Shown: one piece after another, positions 58,018 through 64,000 of the stretch | Layout of the letters: every line of letters begins with the position of its first letter | Numbering within the stretch: the first letter of the stretch is position 1 | From: Pecten maximus | Taxonomy: Eukaryota | Direction: 5' to 3' | Assembly: GCF_902652985.1 (NCBI RefSeq) | Contig: NC_047020.1 | Coordinates: forward strand, 3,906,001-3,970,000 | Length of the DNA stretch: 64,000 nt | Program-made: the position numbers and the translations under genes | Notes under the pieces: model-generated | Databases searched by the model: none | What the model was told of the DNA's origin: nothing | What the model saw: the letters and a program-made list of their open reading frames with translations, nothing else

Positions 58018-61000
58018 TTACACTGGTGTGAGTATGGAGTCGATCTGGTGGATGACTCCATTGGTCATTGGTTGGTCGGCCTTCAGGACTAGAGCATTAT
58101 TGATGTGGACACCTGTTAACACAGCAGAACAATGTTCAATCATTGTTTTACCGACAATCGACATCATTCCTCAAACCTATGTTAAATGTATCATTGGAAA
58201 ATTACTTGTTACTAGAGTTACTGATGTCATATAGTTATTGTTACTACTGATATATATTACCTATTGTTACTAGACATAGGTAATATTTATTTTACTAGGG
58301 ATATCGATGTGTAAATATTCATTGTTAGTAGAGTGATCGATATCTGATATTTGTTATTACGAGAGTAATCAAAAGTATTGTTACTTAAATCTAATATTGA
58401 TTGTTATTAGAGTTATCGATATAAATATTGATTGTTATTAGAGTTATCGACATAAATATTGATTGTTATCAGAGTTATCGATATAAATATTGATTGCTAT
58501 TAGAGTTATCGATATAAATATTGATTGTTATTAGAGTTATCGACATAAATATTGATTGTTATTAGAGTTATCGACATACATGTTGATTGTTATTAGAGTT
58601 ATCGACATAAATATTGATTGTTATTAGAGTTATCGATATAAATATTGATTGTTATTAGAGTTATCGATATAAATATTGATTGTTATTAGAGTTATCGATA
58701 TAAATATTGATTGTTATTAGAGTTATCGATATAAATATTGATTGCTATTAGAGTTATCGATATAAATATTGATTGTTATTAGAGTTATCGATATAAATAT
58801 TGATTGTTATTAGAGTTATCGATATACATATTGATTGTTATTAGAGTTATCGACATAAATATTGATTGTTATTTGAGTTATCGACATACATGTTGATTGT
58901 TAATGAAGTTATCTGATAATAATTGTTACTAGAGATATTGATATTTGATATTTAGATATTTTAGATATATCGATTTGTAGACACATACTGACATACTTAC
59001 CAGTGCTGTCAATGTGGACGGTGAGGTCAGTGCCTTGGAGAGTGGTCAGCGTTTGTCCGTCCGTCAGTCCAGCTGAGAACAGAGTCTTGGGGACCACGTG
59101 GTATTTCAGTATATCTGGGGAAAAGATTATAATCGAATACAAATATATAGTCTCGGCCTTTCGACAATACCATTTTGCAGTCTCAAATAACCATTTATCT
59201 TTATTGAAATTACTAAGTGTACACATAGCTTACAAGCTGTCGATTTTAAAAAATGATATCATAAAAGCTATCCGTAGGCTTTGTAACACGAGATAGAGGC
59301 AATGAAATCGTCCATCTCCTCAATCAACCAATCAGGTTATAAAAAAATATCATTTTCGGCATGTTTTGTTTTGCTATTTTGAAAACATTTCTTTTGCCAT
59401 AGGCAGTGTCCTCTTGTCTTTAATGCATTATTTGTGCGATTAATACAGTTAATTGATAGGAACATGTTTCGGTCAGAAACACCTCTCGTATTGACACGAG
59501 TGATTGCAATTATGTCATTAAAATGTAACAAAATTTAAGTTACTTGCGAAAGCATCCTTATCGGCGGTGAGTGACTGGAGACTGCCAATCTGCTGGTTGA
59601 AAGCATCGTTGTTTGGGGCAAAGACTGTGAATGTTCCGCCTTTAAACAAAGACGAATAAAACAATACGTCAAAACGAATGGTAAGTTACACTAAAGATAA
59701 TGATCTTATTAAATCACTTCCATTTCACTATAGCACGTGATTCATTGAAAATTAGCTGCAGAGTTTATTGATAAATAGAAATTCTTACTCGAGGCCAATG
59801 CAGGCTCCAGACCCGTAAAAACGAGAGCGGAGAACAGATCGATGTACTCGCTCTCATCTTTCCCCATGTACTGCGAGATAGACAAAACGGCGGGAAACAT
59901 GACAGCATTGATGGCGTGCAGAACTCCGTTCGTCAAAATGATGTCACCTCCGGTAACTGTAGAGCCCTCTAAAACTACAGCCTGTGGGACAAACGTATCT
60001 TCTGACAATTATCGTGTTAACAATATGAGTAAAGTTAGTCATTTATTATCATGTTATAGATAATGTCAGTTATTGTGTCATAGATGATGTCAGTAATTGT
60101 GTCATAGATGATGTCAGTAATTGTGAAATGAATGATGTCAGTTATTGTGTTGTAGATGATGTCAGTTATTGTGTAATGAATGATGTCAGTTATTGTGTTA
60201 TGGATGATGTCAGTTATTGTATTTTGGATGATGTCAGTTATTGTGTTATGGATGATGTCAGTTGTTGTGTTATGGATGATGTCAGTTATTGTGTAATGAA
60301 TGATGTCAGTTATTGTGTTATGGATGGTGTCAGTTATTGTATTATGTATGATGTCAGTTATTGTGTAATGAATGATGTCAGTTATTGTGTTTGGATGACG
60401 TCAGTTATTGTGTTTGGATGACGTCAGTTATTGTGTAATGAATTATGTCAGTTATTGTGTTATGGATGGTGTCAGTTATTGTGTTATGGATGATGTCAGT
60501 TATTGTGTAATGAATGATGTCAGTTATTGTTTTATCGATGATGTCAGTTATTGTGTAATGGATGATGTCAGTTATTGTATTATGTCTGGTGTCAGTTATT
60601 GTGTAATGAATGATGTCAGTTATTGTGTTATATATGATGTCAGTTATTGTGTAATGAATGATGTCAGTTATTGTGTTTGGATGACGTCAGTTATTGTGTT
60701 ATGGATAATGTCAGTTATTGTGTTATGGATGGTGTCAGTTATTGTGTTATGAATGATGTCAGTTATTGTGTTATAGATGATGTCAGTTATTGTGTAATGA
60801 ATGATGTCAGTTATTGTGTTTGGATGACGTCAGTTATTGTGTTATGGATAATGTCAGTTATTGTGTTATGGATGGTGTCAGTTATTGTATTATGTATGAT
60901 GTCAGTTATTGTGTTATGAATGATGTCAGTTATTGTGTTTGGATGACGTCAGTTATTGTGTTATGGACGATGTCAGTTGTTGTGTTTGAATGATGCCAGT

Positions 61001-61866
61001 TGTTGTGTTTGAATGATGTCAGTTATTGTGAAATGAATGATGTCAGTTGTTGTGTTATGGATGATGTCAGTTGTTGTGCTTGAATGATGTCAGTTGTTGT
61101 GTTTGAATGATGTCAGTTATTGTGAAATGAATGATGTCAGTTATTGTGTTATGAATGATGTCAGTTATTGTGTTATGAATGATGTCAGTCATTGTGTTAT
61201 GGATAATGTCAGTTATTGTGTAATGAATGATGTCAGTTATTGTGTTATGGATGATGTCAGTTATTGTGTTATGGATGATGTCAGTTATTGTGTTATGGAT
61301 GATGTCAGTTATTGTGTAATGGATGACGTCAGTTATTGTGTTATGAACGATGTCAGTTATTGTGTAATGCAATATTTAATTGATAATTCGGCTATCCCAC
61401 TCCTAGCTTATGTTATTTTGGTTTCTATTTTCCCTTTAGTATTAAAAAAAGAATGGACATATGTAGATATTATTATTTGTAATATACCCATTCGGATACT
61501 TGTTAACGTACCGTCAGGGAGAGCGGTATTGACGCCTGGCTGGTTTGGGAGATATGTTTTTGTAACTTACCCCGTTCGGATACTTGTCATCGTACAGACA
61601 GGGAGAGTATTGACGCCTGGCTGGTTTGGGATATATGTTTTTGTAACTTACCCCGTTGGGATACTTGTTGACGTAGATTGTTCTGTTGTTGAGGGAAGTG
61701 ACGGTCATGCCATTGGTGAGGAGTGGTGCGATCAGGATACCATTTGTCACGTGGTATAGAAGAAGGTTGGAAAGTGCTGTCGTGTCAACCCCCTGTAGGT
61801 TACTGAGCAGAGCGGGGGGCAGCTTATTAAAGGCATCATTGGTTGGGGCGAACATGGTGAGCGTAC
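58018..61866 (-). CDS. Two-FAS1 domain protein, TGFBI-like (gene C, 5'-partial; exon 1 not found in window)
   Basis: Exons 61866-61652, 59981-59789, 59639-59544, 59114-59001, 58112-58018; TLTMFAPTNDAF, LLYHV, NGVLHAINAVM, FTVFAPNNDAF, NGVIHQIDSIL. Confidence 0.9.
58395..58905. repeat. 31-bp minisatellite (TGATTGTTATTAGAGTTATCGATATAAATAT)
   Basis: About 16 copies in the last FAS1-C intron. Confidence 0.95.
60058..61369. repeat. 24-bp minisatellite (GATGATGTCAGTTATTGTGTTATG)
   Basis: About 55 copies in a FAS1-C intron; explains the DDVSYCVM ORFs. Confidence 0.97.
61477..61675. repeat. 81-bp tandem duplication spanning a FAS1-C exon end and splice donor
   Basis: TTGTAACTTACCCCGTT(G/C)GGATACTTGT at 61641 and 61560, with a degenerate copy at 61477. 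Confidence 0.85.
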
Positions 61867-64000
61867 CTAAAAATGTACAGTTGGTATAGTGATTCTGACG
61901 GATAACAAAGTTCCGTAGTGGTAAAGTGCATTTTTTTTTGTTAAATTGTAGAGGTACATTGTATAGTGTTCAAATCAGGTACTACCTCGCCTGTCTTTGA
62001 TCTATTTCTACCATCATACAAACATATCATTTATCTAGGTTTATAGACTAACTTCTCTCAATCTGTGTCGTAATGAAATGGTGCACTATAATTTTAGAAA
62101 TTGGGGACGTAAATAAAACAAAAACTATAATTCTATAAGAATAGATATTTGGATTTATGTGACAGGAATTGTTTGTTTCTCAAAATTAATCACAATTACG
62201 GTAAACAATGGATTCAGGACACCATCAATTTAATTAGAATATCGGACACATCTGACACGTCGTTATATACATGTACTCTTCCGTAAACCAAAACTGAGTT
62301 GATGTGGTTTGTACTATGTTATCTATGTATACAATACGCTTATATAACTGTCAGGTACGTTACCTTTAATCAAGGTTAATTGTCGACTGGTATTTTATTT
62401 AATAAGATATATTACTAAATGTGCATAAAATGTCATATCACTGTATGAAGTATGGGATGTTGTCGCCAGATCCTGACGGGAACATTAAATCCAACTTTCA
62501 CGTTTTTCTCCCTTTTTATTTACTACATTGTATTTGATTAGTTGATCGAATTCCAACTGATGTTTTCACATTCGACTATATTGTCATTATGATACGATGT
62601 TGTGTTTTATCATGTCTATACTGTTATGTAACGACAATCTATATATATATAGGTGTCAGATTTATATAAGTGTCTTAACACTTGTTTGTGATTCCTTTTT
62701 GAATAATTTAAATGTTGTATATATATTGTTAAATGTAAATTGACAAATAAAACACAGTTTAAACTAACTATCGTAGTATAATGTTGTCATATTGTCTTCT
62801 AGTCGACACGAACTTTACTTTTGTAGCAGTTTAAACAATTGTTACATTATCGGTTATGTAAACACAATCACAAAGCTTATTGTAATAATTTATTTTATTT
62901 TTGTTACATTAGCACCGTTATTACATTAAGAGTTGTAACAGAACAAGTTCCTAGTTACACAAAATCTGACACCCAACTGTATCTCATACAGACTGATACA
63001 TATACACCGTGAAGAACGTAAACAACGATATTTCGTCTCCACTCGCATCATCAATGTGCCTTAGCTTGAGCAAATCGCGAACTCTTCGCTGAAACCAACA
63101 CCCCACAACGATAGATTAGTTATTGCTGAACATGAAGAATTAATTAAAATTAGATTAGCTATCGATATCTCTCTCCGTGATAGGATAGAAAAAGTTCATG
63201 CTCGTACGTATCTCTCGCCATATTCACGCTTCGCGCTCCCTCCGAGTGCGTCGCCGCGCCCCCTAATGCAAGGGGACACAAGTCCTGCGCCCTCCAAGTC
63301 AGTTAACCTTCTCCATGGTGATAGAAGTGAAAATGGAAACATTTCGGGGTCTATATGCTATTTTATACACGTAAAATACTCTGAAATGTAAAGTTCCATC
63401 GTGTAGAACTGCGGACGGGGAGTTAATCTTGATTCTGATACGACAAAAAATAGACAACCAAATACAAGAACAAAACAACAGGAAAGTGCCAACTATTTCG
63501 GTCGACGAGAGGAGCGGAGGTCAATACTGTCAGATTTTGTCACACAGACACGATTGTCGAGATAAGGATTGGACACGAAATATGCCTGAGAGTTTTAATG
63601 AAACAACAAATATAGGATTTGTATTGTAAAGACGGAGTTGATATTTATAACGAAATATGTCTGTCAGGAATCATCCGTAGTGTTCCATTGTAGTACTGGC
63701 TTCCTCTGAAAATCCTGTGGATTATCTGGGGTCCAGTTAGGGAGACTAAAAGGATTCATGTCAACTATAAGTAAATGTCGGGCATCTTCAGAACATTTTC
63801 AGGGGTTACAGTTAAAATACCTATGTATTCATACCAAAGTTCCAGGGTCGTCGGAATCTGTTTTAAGGTGTAGAGGGGTGTCATTTACCAAATATAAATC
63901 CATAAAACGTCTCAAAGCTGGGTAAAGGTAGGAAAGGTCCAAAAATACAGAACCTGAAATAAACTGTCAGGCCTTTGTGCAAAAAAGTGTCATGATATCG

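Noticed and set aside
60128-61759. Cys/Asp-rich DDVSYCVM ORFs resembling a metal-binding or shell protein
   Set aside because: 24-bp minisatellite with frameshifting 22-bp variants, antisense within a FAS1-C intron, no signal peptide.
61867-64000. Signal-peptide exon 1 of FAS1 gene C
   Set aside because: No convincing ATG + hydrophobic exon with a phase-1 donor found; probably beyond the window.

Overview
Eukaryotic, AT-rich, intron-containing DNA; the gene families and repeat types suggest a bivalve mollusc (inference). Reading splice sites by hand gives six host genes: a partial secreted Cys-rich (three-finger/Ly6-like) gene (-), an ApoD-like lipocalin (-), three paralogous two-domain FAS1/fasciclin (TGFBI-like) genes (a head-to-head pair plus a 5'-partial third) and a BTB-domain gene (+). 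The most notable element is a very young, intact 8.4-kb Ty3/Gypsy LTR retrotransposon (6430-14813; 1057-bp LTRs with one visible difference; tRNA-Leu PBS). It lies antisense in an intron and is nested in a small tandem-repeat-bearing element. Instead of env it carries a second ORF encoding a two-zinc-finger protein with LC8/DYNLL-type TQT motifs, its own splice acceptor and its own polyA signal, and its LTRs hold a phased array of palindromic GAGYRCTC sites. This is a candidate self-regulating complex retrotransposon (hypothesis). The rest comprises a TA-flanked Tc1/mariner-type MITE, a decayed IS3EU-like DNA transposon, a LINE relic, foldback elements and many large minisatellites, which account for most long spurious ORFs in the six-frame track.
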